Sequence record: MT176427.1
DNA: 49,567 bases
Origin: Escherichia phage CJ19
Strand: one strand, 5' to 3'
How positions within the stretch are numbered: position 1 is the first letter of the stretch; every line of letters starts with the position of its first letter. Below are positions 1-9,213 of this stretch, in pieces. The notes under the pieces are model-generated. The model had not been told where the DNA came from, did no database searches, and saw nothing but the letters and a program-made list of their open reading frames with translations. The translations under genes were made by a program, and so were the position numbers.

Positions 1-252
1 AGTCCAGGTAAGTTCATTTATATCTTCTATCTTCTCGCTGCGTCTTTCGTTGCTTGAATGCAGGCCTTGTAGTCAATTTTCACCGGATTTGCCGGAACCC
101 TGATCAGCTTACGTGGCATTTCGTGTATATACGTCATCTTTCCGTTGAAAATGACGCATATATCTTTGATGTCAAAATACTTGGATATAAGCGCAATATC
201 TTCACTTATCCCTGCCTCTTTGCAGTGAGTCCACACTGCCTGTCGTCCAACC

Positions 253-486
253 TCAACAGTTACCATAAATGTCAAAGCTCCCCGACATAGCCTGATAGTC
301 AGCAACTGGCAAGTGACCATAAGCGCCCTTGAGATAAGTCACCGCAATAACCTCGTCCAGACCGCCGTCCTTACCAAGTGCGATCGCGTCCTTTGCGCTA
401 TCGTTAGCCAGGCGAAGCAGGTGCGGAAATAAAACCTTGTTACGGTATGCTGCGTGTTTGTGAGTAACAAAAGGTTGCTTTTTCAT
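253..486 (-). CDS. hypothetical early protein (77 aa)
   Basis: ORF with start 30-40 nt downstream of promoter cassette 517-562 and leader CGCCAACGAAACGAGGAA; no recognisable motif. Confidence 0.4.
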   Translation of the reverse strand: MKKQPFVTHKHAAYRNKVLFPHLLRLANDSAKDAIALGKDGGLDEVIAVTYLKGAYGHLPVADYQAMSGSFDIYGNC

Positions 487-516
487 GTTGATTCCTCGTT
501 TCGTTGGCGTGAAAGA

Positions 517-562
517 AGTATACCCGCACAGCGGCGGGTATGTTTAGCAATTCGTGCTATTC
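517..562 (-). promoter_or_regulatory. early promoter cassette (ATAGCAC box + hairpin + -10 TATACT)
   Basis: Box 543-562; hairpin ACCCGC/GCGGGT; 22-bp spacer; start of 253-486 downstream. Confidence 0.5.
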
Positions 563-796
563 GTGAAAATCCTCAGGGCAATCGCGCTTATAGTCTGCGA
601 GATCTTTTGCTATTGATCTTGACCATGATTCAAATGGAGTGCCTTGGACCTCTTCAAATGACATGTCAAGATTTGAGAATTCCCAAGCATCACCCTTGAA
701 CCCAGCCATTGTAAGAGCCTTGCAAACAAGACCGCGAAATAAAAGGAACTGATCCTGCTCAGTTAAATCAAATTGCAACTTTTCCATCTTAAACAC
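557..796 (-). CDS. hypothetical protein (79 aa)
   Basis: ORF immediately downstream of the methyltransferase gene (8-bp overlap); no motif recognised. Confidence 0.35.
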   Translation of the reverse strand: MFKMEKLQFDLTEQDQFLLFRGLVCKALTMAGFKGDAWEFSNLDMSFEEVQGTPFESWSRSIAKDLADYKRDCPEDFHE

Positions 797-1517
797 TCCG
801 CTTACGTGGTTTCTTTCGGCTTACGCCAGGGCAAATCTCAGAGACGCTAACATACGTCGTTTTCTGTTCCTCACCTTCTTTCAGCTTTCGCATGACGAAG
901 ATGACAGATCCTTTATTGTTTCCATCCACAGGCTTTCCGGTCAGTCCAGCTATGAAAGCTAGTCGTCCTGTTCGGCAGTATTCCTGCTGGTCAATTTCTG
1001 TTATCTCTGCCTCAATCCAGATGATCTCAGCCGCATTGCGTCTCGCCTCAGCGAACCACGCCGTCGAGTTATCGCCAGGCAAGAGCATGTCAATCTGGTT
1101 CCCGTGCTCCATCTGCTCAATCGCTTTCTTAACGAAAGGATCTGGATGTGAGTAAGGAGGGTTAAGCCATATGTGCTTATTTCTGCCCCACCAGATCTTA
1201 AGGCAGTTCAATTGCTCGCTATAGAACTTTTCGCAAACCGCATTGTTAGCGCTGGCGGCGGCGTCGATGTCATACTTTCCATAACGCGACTCCATCCATG
1301 AGATCAGCTCCATGTCGGTGGCCCAAAGATCTCTTACTGCGTCAGGTGTCTTACTTCCGGCGTATCGTTTTCCAGTTACATGATAAAATGTGTCAGGCTT
1401 AACTGCTTGGTAGTGCCCGTTACCAGGAACGAGGGCATTTGCCACGAAGTTTTCACGCTCGATCTGCTCAAAGCTAACGAATGCGTCATGAGTATCCTTG
1501 TCGTTTGAGTCGATCAT
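789..1517 (-). CDS. dam: DNA N6-adenine methyltransferase (Dam-like)
   Basis: 242-aa ORF carrying the N6-MTase catalytic tetrapeptide NPPY (WLNPPYSHP); expected in T1-like early region. Confidence 0.75.
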   Translation of the reverse strand: MIDSNDKDTHDAFVSFEQIERENFVANALVPGNGHYQAVKPDTFYHVTGKRYAGSKTPDAVRDLWATDMELISWMESRYGKYDIDAAASANNAVCEKFYSEQLNCLKIWWGRNKHIWLNPPYSHPDPFVKKAIEQMEHGNQIDMLLPGDNSTAWFAEARRNAAEIIWIEAEITEIDQQEYCRTGRLAFIAGLTGKPVDGNNKGSVIFVMRKLKEGEEQKTTYVSVSEICPGVSRKKPRKRSV

Positions 1518-1518
1518 C

Positions 1519-1791
1519 TTATTTAACCTCGGTAACTTTGCAGTTATTAACAGCGACGAACCCGCCGACGCTAACTTTGACCTGACTTTCAGTCACGTTG
1601 TAAACTGCCTTCCCTAAGAAAGTTTGCAGTTCGTAGTGATCGCCTTCACGCTCAATAACAACGCCCTTGTCTGAAACAATCTGCGACTTGGTTACTGTGA
1701 AGGATTCCTTACCGCAATCGTAAAACTTGGTATCTTCTGCACAACCTGCCATTGCCACAACTGCCAGTAGAGCTATGATTGACTTTTTCAT
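1519..1791 (-). CDS. small lipoprotein (90 aa)
   Basis: N-terminal signal peptide with lipobox (VAMAGC); own promoter cassette 1831-1876 and conserved leader. Confidence 0.6.
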   Translation of the reverse strand: MKKSIIALLAVVAMAGCAEDTKFYDCGKESFTVTKSQIVSDKGVVIEREGDHYELQTFLGKAVYNVTESQVKVSVGGFVAVNNCKVTEVK

Positions 1792-1830
1792 TTTGATTTC
1801 CTTGGTTGGTTACTTCGTTTCGATGAGGTG

Positions 1831-1876
1831 ATAATACACCACCTCACCGCTTCGTCTTTAGCAATTCGTGCTATTC
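1831..1876 (-). promoter_or_regulatory. early promoter cassette (ATAGCAC box + -10 TATTAT)
   Basis: Box 1857-1876; hairpin GAGGTG/CACCTC with -10 in loop; 22-bp spacer; leader TCATCGAAACGAAG. Confidence 0.5.
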
Positions 1877-2286
1877 AGCATATCAGCAACTGCTTTCTTG
1901 TATTCCTCCTGACCGTATGCCACCGCCGCGAACCCGCCACGCTCACGCACGCGCCGGAGGAAATCTTTCTGCTCCTTACTGACTGGTGATGCCTTGCCTT
2001 TCCCGCTCTTATTGACGCGCTTCAATTCTATGGCCCCGAACGGATATTTACCGAACGGGCCTAGAAGGAATACAAAANCACTAACCCCTTTCAATAACCC
2101 GCTCTGAGCATCCTTTAGCGCCGTGTGGATGTGCTTCTTGTTCTCATTAACGGCGTGCCAGAACAGCAAATCAACATGCCTAACCTTAGTCCAAGTCACG
2201 CAGTCTACCTGGTGCTTGCTTTCCGTCCATGTGTCAGATTTGTCTGGAGTGTAATATTCCAGGTAGTCGCCTTTGTCTGTGATCAT
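1858..2286 (-). CDS. VRR-NUC / PD-(D/E)XK-like nuclease (putative)
   Basis: 142-aa ORF with a candidate (D)-x(n)-ELK nuclease motif (GAIELKRV); sits directly upstream of and overlapping the helicase gene; one codon contains an N at 2078. Confidence 0.4.
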   Translation of the reverse strand: MITDKGDYLEYYTPDKSDTWTESKHQVDCVTWTKVRHVDLLFWHAVNENKKHIHTALKDAQSGLLKGVSXFVFLLGPFGKYPFGAIELKRVNKSGKGKASPVSKEQKDFLRRVRERGGFAAVAYGQEEYKKAVADMLNSTNC

Positions 2287-4385
2287 AAGTTACCGTCCAA
2301 TCCAAAATCCTTACGTGAGATAATATCCTCACCCTTTGCATTCTTGCGGTGAGTTACCCGCACCGGATGCGCTATGTGGTGAGCATTGTTTAAAATCATT
2401 TTCGCACTTCTGTAAGCTGCCATTAATTTTGCGATCTTACTGTCATGAACGTGAGGTAATACCCCTTTCTGCTTCCATATCGTGTGGCATACCTGTGCCG
2501 TTGACTGAGGGAAGAACTTCTCATACGCGATGAAGTTAACTCCAACTGAGTCTGTCAGGTCGTACCGATAAAGAATGCCAGTATGATTACGTGTCAGCGT
2601 GACTTCGAAACTGTTAACTGTGCACCAGTCGTTTTTGGTGTAAGCCTTACCAGTCAGGTTATCATTGGGATCTTTCAGGCTCACGTCACAGCAACGGCAT
2701 ATTCTCGCCACTACGTCATTTTCAGCGCCACATCCCTTAACAATCACCTCGCCAGTGCGATCATCAATCTGGTCTTCACATATGCGAGACTTCCAGAAAT
2801 ACTCGCAACGATTTCCGTTTTCATCTCTGTGAATGCAGCGGCGAGCGTAAAAACTGTTCTCAGTTCCGCACAGTTCACATTTTTTCGGCTCTTTCTTACC
2901 ATCAAAGCGGCGCTGGTACTGAGCCTCTTCAAGAATCGGATCAAAGTAAAGCTGACCCAGCTCGTCCATGCAACCCGCAAAATCCCATACCAGGTGATCT
3001 TCCTTCACCATTCCCATCTCTTTTTGCCACGGCTTAAGCAATCTCATACCTCGACCAAGCAACTGGATCAGCAGAGTAAGTGAACCGATTTTGCGAAGGA
3101 TTACCGAAAAATCCCAAAACGGAACGTTAACTCCAGTGGTTAGCGCCATAACCTGAAATATGTATTTTATCTCGCCACGGTTAGCCGCCTCAAGTATTGC
3201 TTGTCGCTTTTTGGTGTTAGTCTTTTCCGTAATGATCTCATAGGTGGAGCCATGTGGAAGATAGCTCGCTGCCTCCTTGCAGTGTCGCTGACCTGCGCAC
3301 GTAATCAGTACGCCATTTCGCTTTTTCGCTTCCTCTACGACCATCCCCATGATTCGCTTTGTCATGCTGGCGTTGTCATGGATTTTATTTTCCATCGCCT
3401 TCATTTCTTTCTGGCTAAAATCCGCAGTTCCGTCCTGGCTTGATGCCTTGAACTCACCAAGATCATAGCCAGCGTCACCAACACTTCCGAATATTGTTGG
3501 AACAACTGAACCGAACTCAATAAGGTAATTAGTGTCGATGTTAGTAACCTGCTCACGCCAGAACCCAGGTAACTTAGGGTTATCGACAACAATCGGAGTT
3601 GTGCCTCTGAACTCAGAACCAGTCATGCCGAAGATGCGTAATTCTTTCCCGTTCTTCTCTTTGCAGCGGCGCATCAATTCAGTGATAATGATCGTGTACT
3701 GGCTTCGCTTGGTGCCGAGAACAGGCTTGCCAGTCTTCCGTCTGATTAGCAATTGCTTATCCATCACCTGAACGCCAACTTCTACGCCGTCAAGGTATCC
3801 ATTGACATAACCTTCGCTGTTTTTCGGGTAGTCAACGAATACACGCTCACCTTTTTCAGTGAGCATCATTTCAATCGTCTCTTCGTTGTCGATGGCGGCG
3901 GCAAGGTCTTCCCAATCCACCTGGTGACATTCATCAATACCCAGCACCATAGGTGTAAAATCACCAAGCGCCTTAAACAGACCGTTTGCAACCGTTCCTT
4001 CCGAACCGACAACGATTGGGAAGTAAGCTGATTTTGTGTTCAAGCCAGCACAGTAAACTGAGTTAGGAACGCCAAAGTTTGAGATCTCCTCACTATCCTG
4101 AGCGACAATATCGCCCTGACGCGCCAGTATCATCATCGACAAGCCCATTTCTTTNACGCGCGATGCGATCATGGCAAAGCCGATCGTCTTACCTGCCGAC
4201 ACTGACGCCTTAACGATGAATGGATGCTTATAGCGAGCAATGCGCTTGCCGATCTCGTCATACATTACGCACTGATACTCATAAGGAACCATGTCGCCAA
4301 ATGTGAATTTATCCTGAATCTCTTTAATCCTCTGCGGCCCGAGGTCTTCTATCTGTTTTTTAATGGATTTAATGCGCATAGCCAT
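2283..4385 (-). CDS. SF2 DNA helicase with C-terminal Cys-rich zinc-finger region
   Basis: Walker A (SAGKTIGFA), DExH box (GIDECHQ), C-terminal CxxC clusters; promoter cassette 4423-4467 upstream; N at 4155. Confidence 0.8.
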   Translation of the reverse strand: MAMRIKSIKKQIEDLGPQRIKEIQDKFTFGDMVPYEYQCVMYDEIGKRIARYKHPFIVKASVSAGKTIGFAMIASRXKEMGLSMMILARQGDIVAQDSEEISNFGVPNSVYCAGLNTKSAYFPIVVGSEGTVANGLFKALGDFTPMVLGIDECHQVDWEDLAAAIDNEETIEMMLTEKGERVFVDYPKNSEGYVNGYLDGVEVGVQVMDKQLLIRRKTGKPVLGTKRSQYTIIITELMRRCKEKNGKELRIFGMTGSEFRGTTPIVVDNPKLPGFWREQVTNIDTNYLIEFGSVVPTIFGSVGDAGYDLGEFKASSQDGTADFSQKEMKAMENKIHDNASMTKRIMGMVVEEAKKRNGVLITCAGQRHCKEAASYLPHGSTYEIITEKTNTKKRQAILEAANRGEIKYIFQVMALTTGVNVPFWDFSVILRKIGSLTLLIQLLGRGMRLLKPWQKEMGMVKEDHLVWDFAGCMDELGQLYFDPILEEAQYQRRFDGKKEPKKCELCGTENSFYARRCIHRDENGNRCEYFWKSRICEDQIDDRTGEVIVKGCGAENDVVARICRCCDVSLKDPNDNLTGKAYTKNDWCTVNSFEVTLTRNHTGILYRYDLTDSVGVNFIAYEKFFPQSTAQVCHTIWKQKGVLPHVHDSKIAKLMAAYRSAKMILNNAHHIAHPVRVTHRKNAKGEDIISRKDFGLDGNL

Positions 4386-4422
4386 AGTATTAAATGCCTT
4401 TCATGTTCGTTCGATTGACGTT

Positions 4423-4467
4423 ATAATAACAGCCATCGAAACCAATGTTTAACAAAAAGTGCTATTG
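4423..4467 (-). promoter_or_regulatory. promoter cassette for helicase operon
   Basis: Box variant ATAGCAC-N3-TTGTTAAA at 4448-4467; -10 TGtTATTAT; leader CAATCGAACGAACATGAAAGG. Confidence 0.45.
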
Positions 4468-4477
4468 AGGTGATGAG

Positions 4478-4951
4478 ATGAATGCAGTCGACAAGCGAAC
4501 CATTAACGGCAACAACGGAACAGTCCGAACTGAAGACAAAAAGCAACGAAAACGACCTTCAGGTTACTACGTTTTAAAAGATGAAGTAAAGGCCGGGCTT
4601 CGGGCGCGACTGGAGATGGTTCTCGACTTCTACGGAACGAAGGCCAATATCGCAAAGCAACTGAAGGTTAGTCGCCAGGCGGTTGAGGAATGGTTCAAGA
4701 GGGGCATGATGTCGGCCCGAGGCGCTCAACTGGCGCACAACCGATACAAGCGAACTGGAGAGGGTTTTCGCGCGACTTTTTGCCGACCGGATCTGCAATT
4801 CGATGGCAACGGAAAGCCGCTGACACTCCGGTGCAAAAAACGTCACATGCTGCGCGTTGTTACTGAGGCTGAATTAGCTACGAAGCCAGAATGTCGATCG
4901 TGGCGCAAGATTAAGGCCGCTAACGAAGCAGCACGAAAAGCTAAAGAGTAA
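4478..4951 (+). CDS. putative HTH DNA-binding protein (Cro/YdaS-like)
   Basis: Segment IAKQLKVSRQAVEEWFKRG resembles a Cro/YdaS-type helix-turn-helix; strong RBS GAGGTGATGAG before ATG; basic protein; terminator 4956-4990 follows. Confidence 0.4.
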   Translation: MNAVDKRTINGNNGTVRTEDKKQRKRPSGYYVLKDEVKAGLRARLEMVLDFYGTKANIAKQLKVSRQAVEEWFKRGMMSARGAQLAHNRYKRTGEGFRATFCRPDLQFDGNGKPLTLRCKKRHMLRVVTEAELATKPECRSWRKIKAANEAARKAKE

Positions 4952-4955
4952 AATT

Positions 4956-4990
4956 AAGGTTGTGCCATAATCGGTGCAACCTTTTTTATT
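4956..4990 (+). terminator. intrinsic terminator
   Basis: Hairpin AAGGTTGTGCC-ATAATC-GGTGCAACCTT followed by TTTTTT. Confidence 0.6.
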
Positions 4991-5008
4991 TGTTAAGAGA
5001 TTATTTAT

Positions 5009-5932
5009 ATGCACTACGATAAGAGAGAGGTTTTACCAAGAATGCGCGGCCTATGGGATAAGGCGCTTATCAATATATGTGGCGCAGATCCTAAGTTTTT
5101 CCAGACCAAAAAACACCAGCCATGCATTTATTGCGGAGGAAGCGATCGCGCGAGATGGACCAACAAAGTTAGCGAAGATGGTGATGGTGGAATTATCTGC
5201 AACCAATGCGGTTCAGGAGATGGTATTATTTGGGTCCAGAAGCTGCGAGGTGAGTCATTTAGTGAATGTATCGATGTTCTCGGTGAGTGGTTAAACCTTA
5301 TCCCTGTAGAAGTGGTTAATAAGGCAAATAAGCAAGCATCAAGGACTCAGCATTACAAAATGGGCGCTCAAGTAGATCATGAAAAAGTTCTTGAAGTCAT
5401 GGAGCGGACTGTAAGAGTTGAATCAAGCCAACTCACAACATATGAGGGTATTTATCTTGATGATGGATTCGATGTTGGTATAGCTAAGGATGGATCAATG
5501 ATTCATGCCGTACCTTGCTCGATGGTTTACGAGGATGGGATTGGTAATGAGTTCTGCAACTTAATGTTTATTGATGGAGATTCAAATGTTAAATTCCTTG
5601 CTGGTGATTACACTCGTGATTCTGTTGCTGTCATTGGTTCTTGGCAGGTTGATGGTTACACTTATGTTGTTGATAATTTTATTGATGGCGTACGTGTTCA
5701 TATTGCTACTGGGGGGCGTGAGGTGTTTGTTGCTTTCTCCTGTTATAACATGGAAATGGTTATTCACCGAGACAAGTCCCGCAGCTTCAGGATTGCTTGT
5801 CGTGATCATGATTTTGATATACTCTCTATTGCTGATGACAGGTCTGTTGGTGTAGTCATCCCAAATGATGGCAAGTCATTTAAAACAGGCATTAGAAAGA
5901 AAGTTTACAAAGCAAACGACTTGCTAAAATAA
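5009..5932 (+). CDS. DNA primase (zinc-binding N-terminus, Toprim-like core)
   Basis: N-terminal CxxC...CxxC (CIYCGG...CNQCG) zinc-binding element followed by acidic D-rich core; location next to helicase; followed by terminator 5933-5955. Confidence 0.55.
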   Translation: MHYDKREVLPRMRGLWDKALINICGADPKFFQTKKHQPCIYCGGSDRARWTNKVSEDGDGGIICNQCGSGDGIIWVQKLRGESFSECIDVLGEWLNLIPVEVVNKANKQASRTQHYKMGAQVDHEKVLEVMERTVRVESSQLTTYEGIYLDDGFDVGIAKDGSMIHAVPCSMVYEDGIGNEFCNLMFIDGDSNVKFLAGDYTRDSVAVIGSWQVDGYTYVVDNFIDGVRVHIATGGREVFVAFSCYNMEMVIHRDKSRSFRIACRDHDFDILSIADDRSVGVVIPNDGKSFKTGIRKKVYKANDLLK

Positions 5933-5955
5933 CCTCCTTCTGGAGGTTTTTTTAT
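5933..5955 (+). terminator. intrinsic terminator after primase
   Basis: Hairpin AACCTCC-TTCT-GGAGGTT followed by TTTTTTT. Confidence 0.6.
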
Positions 5956-5961
5956 GCCTAA

Positions 5962-5998
5962 AGCAATGCTATACTGCACTTTAGCAATTCGTGCTAAA
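5962..5998 (+). promoter_or_regulatory. extended -10 promoter (TGCTATACT) with the palindromic box downstream at operator position
   Basis: TGCTATACT at 5967-5975; perfect palindrome TTTAGCA-ATTCG-TGCTAAA at 5980-5998, 23 nt before tail fibre ATG. Confidence 0.4.
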
Positions 5999-6021
5999 CA
6001 ACAATATAGGAGTTGATTATT

Positions 6022-7941
6022 ATGGCAATTTATGACTTAGGAACAGCATCGCTAGCCGCAAATGGCGAGGTTACTGGCGTCGGGACGACATGGAAAGCAC
6101 CGCTTACACTGATTCGCGTTGGTGCTACCATTGTTTTCAAAACTGAACCAGTACAGATTTACACTATCTCAGAAATTATCAGCGATACGCAGATTAATGT
6201 TTATAACCCTAATTCTGAAACTGTTCCTGCCGGAACTGGTTACGCGATTCTTGCTCACGATGGGATTACCGTTCAGGGCTTAGCTCAGGATGTTGCTGAG
6301 ACGCTTCGTTACTATCAGTCACGTGAAACTGAGGTTGCAGATGCAGTTGATGCATTTAATAACTTTGATGCTAATGACTTTAGCGCGAAGGTTGCGCAGG
6401 TTAACACGCAACACGGAGATATTGTATCAATTGGATTACAAGTATCTACTGACGCCTCCAAAGTATCAGCTGATAAGGATGCGGCTTCGGCCAGCGCACT
6501 AGCAGCCGAAAGCAGCAAGAATTCAGCAGCCACTTCGGCTCAGGAGGCAGAGGATTACGCGGCATCTCTCGATACATCAAGACTTTTAAGAAAAGACATG
6601 GCTTTGTCTGATCTAACTGATAAGCCACTAGCAAGGTTGAACCTTAATGTATACTCTAAGATTGAAACATTAAACTTTAAAAACATATATCCAACTATGA
6701 CTAATCAGGAGATAAGGGCTATCCTTTTATCTGGTGGGGATATTTTTGTTAATAGTGGTCAGTATTATGTTGCATCAGCAACTCAGACATGGGCGCTCGC
6801 TCAAAACACTAGATTGTATTGGTCTGCTGGTGCACTTCTCTCTGCTTCATCAAATAACGTTACTTTACTTAGAATGTCATCGGAAGATGTATCATCTGCA
6901 TTCATTAGGAANTGCAAGGTTTACAATCCTAGACTTTCTACCGTTGGTTTTAACAATTGCATTGGACTTCACGCTTTTAACGCAAGGAATAACTCTGGGG
7001 TTGATGGTTTGTGGCTTGATCTGGGTCTTGGTTCCTCTAATAATGGGGTTATAATTGAAAAGTTTAGCTATGGTTTTAGGTTTAATGACTCTGAGATTTT
7101 AAATGGCGGGGTAGGCTCCATTAGGGTGCTTTTAAGGAATGGCCCAAACTCTGTTCTTATAAACAATCACATAGGTTATAGTGGTGATCATTCAGGTGCG
7201 CTCCCAGATTATGGAATTGTAATATTTAACGGAAGTGATGGTTCATTTAATTTCCCTGAAGACTCCGATCTTTGGCCTACCGCTGCTACAGTAATCAACG
7301 GTGGTTACTCTCAAAATACATCAAAGTACGGCATACTAGATTCTGGTGTTAGCACTTTGGTTAATGGTACTTACCTTGAAAGGAATGGAGTGTCAGATGT
7401 TGCTTTGTCAAGTGGAAGTTATTATTTTACAAGCAACGCCACACATCACAGTCTTAATGTTGGTGAGTCATGTTTCAAAGGTTCTGGCGCAAACCACGCA
7501 ACTATAGGAGCTTTCAATCCAGCAGATAGATCTATTGGCTTGTACAACTTCGCTTCTGGAGTAAACTGTAGGGCAGATGGCTCTAAGATCTGGGGTGGGT
7601 TCCTTAATAAAATTGGCGTTGTTGGAGGATTAATCCTTGATCTTGGAAATAACTCTTTAAAACAATACTCANCATCATCATTGCCAATAAATACAAGAGA
7701 AGGTTATTCATCTTACAGAATTAACGTTACTTCAGGGCTTGATGTTACGACAACAACACCAAGGGATGGTGAGTGTATTAATTTAATTTTAAGGGGGGCA
7801 AACATTCAAAGTCTGTCATTTAATGGAATTGCCCTTGATGTTACTGGGGCTAACACATCCACTACAAAAACTTGCTTAATTACAGCGATTTATTGGTCTG
7901 AAATATCAACTTATATAATAAATCAAAGCACTTGGCGTTGA
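6022..7941 (+). CDS. tail fibre protein (conserved N-terminal anchor, variable beta-helix-like C-terminal part)
   Basis: 640-aa ORF, Ala/Ser-rich coiled region then Asn/Gly/Ser-rich repeats typical of fibre or beta-helix receptor-binding proteins; position between primase and ssb as in T1-like genomes; start moved to ATG 6022 (RBS AGGAG 6008-6012); N at 6912 and 7672. Confidence 0.65.
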   Translation: MAIYDLGTASLAANGEVTGVGTTWKAPLTLIRVGATIVFKTEPVQIYTISEIISDTQINVYNPNSETVPAGTGYAILAHDGITVQGLAQDVAETLRYYQSRETEVADAVDAFNNFDANDFSAKVAQVNTQHGDIVSIGLQVSTDASKVSADKDAASASALAAESSKNSAATSAQEAEDYAASLDTSRLLRKDMALSDLTDKPLARLNLNVYSKIETLNFKNIYPTMTNQEIRAILLSGGDIFVNSGQYYVASATQTWALAQNTRLYWSAGALLSASSNNVTLLRMSSEDVSSAFIRXCKVYNPRLSTVGFNNCIGLHAFNARNNSGVDGLWLDLGLGSSNNGVIIEKFSYGFRFNDSEILNGGVGSIRVLLRNGPNSVLINNHIGYSGDHSGALPDYGIVIFNGSDGSFNFPEDSDLWPTAATVINGGYSQNTSKYGILDSGVSTLVNGTYLERNGVSDVALSSGSYYFTSNATHHSLNVGESCFKGSGANHATIGAFNPADRSIGLYNFASGVNCRADGSKIWGGFLNKIGVVGGLILDLGNNSLKQYSXSSLPINTREGYSSYRINVTSGLDVTTTTPRDGECINLILRGANIQSLSFNGIALDVTGANTSTTKTCLITAIYWSEISTYIINQSTWR

Positions 7942-7948
7942 TGTAAAN

Positions 7949-7977
7949 AATAAAAGCCCCGAAAGGGGCTTTATCTT
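7949..7977. terminator. bidirectional terminator between tail fibre and ssb
   Basis: Hairpin AAAGCCCC-GAAA-GGGGCTTT flanked by A-run and T-run; convergent genes. Confidence 0.6.
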
Positions 7978-8438
7978 TAGAATGGAATGTCGTCGTCGAA
8001 TTGCATTGACTGATTTGGTTGCTGCTGCTGGCGTTGTTGATGCTGTTGCTGAGGCTGATGTTGCTGCTGCCGTTGTTGACCTTGATTCTGCTGCTGCGCT
8101 GGTTCTCGCTGGCTGAATTGCAGTTGAGGTCGGATCATTTCAGCGGTGACGTAAACAGTCCCGTCATTACCCTGTCTAGACGATAAGTGAAGAGTGTCAG
8201 CAGAAATTGAAACAACCTTGCCCTCCTGGAACGCTTCATCATACCACTGCATAACATTTTCTTTTGCGAAGAATGTAGCTCTGTAGTTGCTGTAAACCGT
8301 CTCATCCTCGCCATTATGATTTCGAATCTTCATTCGTTCAGAAAGTTCTACGGCATACATTTTCCATCGCCCGTTATTGTTGCTACCTTCTTTTGTGAAT
8401 GGTTCTTTACGGATCTGACCAGTGATTACGTGTGGCAT
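7977..8438 (-). CDS. ssb: single-stranded DNA-binding protein
   Basis: C-terminus is Q-rich linker followed by the canonical acidic SSB tip DDDIPF. Confidence 0.7.
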   Translation of the reverse strand: MPHVITGQIRKEPFTKEGSNNNGRWKMYAVELSERMKIRNHNGEDETVYSNYRATFFAKENVMQWYDEAFQEGKVVSISADTLHLSSRQGNDGTVYVTAEMIRPQLQFSQREPAQQQNQGQQRQQQHQPQQQHQQRQQQQPNQSMQFDDDIPF

Positions 8439-8476
8439 TTTATTTTCCTTGTTTGATGGGGCCGAAGCCCCGTTAA

Positions 8477-9133
8477 TTAGAATTGTTCGATGGATTCAGA
8501 TTGTACAGGCTCGGAAGGTGCATTGGCAATCTTATCATCAACCTTTTGCGTATCTGCCTTTTTCGCTGGCTGGAAACCGCGAGCGCTACCGATGCTCAAT
8601 TCAGCCTTGCGCTTCTGCAAGTGGTCTTCTGCAATCTTCCATTCCGCCGCGCCGAGTGAACCTTTCGCGCTCTTATAGATCACCTGGAGGTCTTCAAGTT
8701 TTTCGCAGTTGGTGATCAGTTTTTTGTAGTCCGCTGCCGTGCGCTTTGCAATTTCTGCATCGTCATCGCTCTGAGTGATTCCAAGCGCTGCGCACAATGC
8801 GTAACGGCGACCGTATGAAGTTGTTGAGCCGTAAGCCTGGGCGCTAATCTTCTCGATCGGCATATTGTACTGAAAAGCAAGCCACTCGCCGGAACTGTGA
8901 AGGATGAGCGTCTCAATGTGCATTACCTTTTCGGTTGACGTATCCAGATTTGACTGGATAACCATAAGGTCATGCTCTTTTAGTGCTGGCTCTACGGCCT
9001 CCAAAACGTCCGTCAGGTTTGAGTAATTGTTTTTCAGGTGACCGTTAAAGCCTGATTTTCTTGCTATGGCAAACTGCTTTTTAGCTGCAATTAGAGCGGC
9101 TGAAACATTCGAAAACTTATCTGATGTACGCAT
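8477..9133 (-). CDS. Erf-like single-strand annealing protein (putative)
   Basis: 218-aa ORF between ssb and exonuclease; N-terminal region resembles Erf-family pattern; own promoter cassette 9171-9213 with consensus TGCTATAAT. Confidence 0.5.
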   Translation of the reverse strand: MRTSDKFSNVSAALIAAKKQFAIARKSGFNGHLKNNYSNLTDVLEAVEPALKEHDLMVIQSNLDTSTEKVMHIETLILHSSGEWLAFQYNMPIEKISAQAYGSTTSYGRRYALCAALGITQSDDDAEIAKRTAADYKKLITNCEKLEDLQVIYKSAKGSLGAAEWKIAEDHLQKRKAELSIGSARGFQPAKKADTQKVDDKIANAPSEPVQSESIEQF

Positions 9134-9170
9134 TATATATACCTTTATTTACTTCGTTTGATTTACGGTG

Positions 9171-9213
9171 ATTATAGCAAATCACCGCGTTCGTGTTTAG
9201 CAAAAAGTGCTAC
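9171..9213 (-). promoter_or_regulatory. early promoter cassette (ATAGCAC box + TGCTATAAT)
   Basis: Box 9196-9213; hairpin CGGTGAT/ATCACCG; consensus extended -10. Confidence 0.5.

Noticed and set aside
27-320. 97-aa ORF overlapping 253-486
   Set aside because: Overlaps the promoter-supported 253-486 ORF by 68 bp with no RBS at the annotated start; a shorter downstream gene may exist but cannot be delimited confidently; window start may also lie inside it.
5571-5855. Hydrophobic Leu-rich ORFs overlapping the primase gene (5571-5855 plus, 5582-5809 minus)
   Set aside because: Alternative-frame artefacts of an AT-rich codon region inside a gene with clear motifs; no independent start signals.
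8010-8110. CAG/CAA-rich repetitive DNA that could look like a microsatellite
   Set aside because: It is in frame within the ssb gene and encodes the Gln-rich linker before the DDDIPF tail; coding low complexity, not a non-coding repeat.
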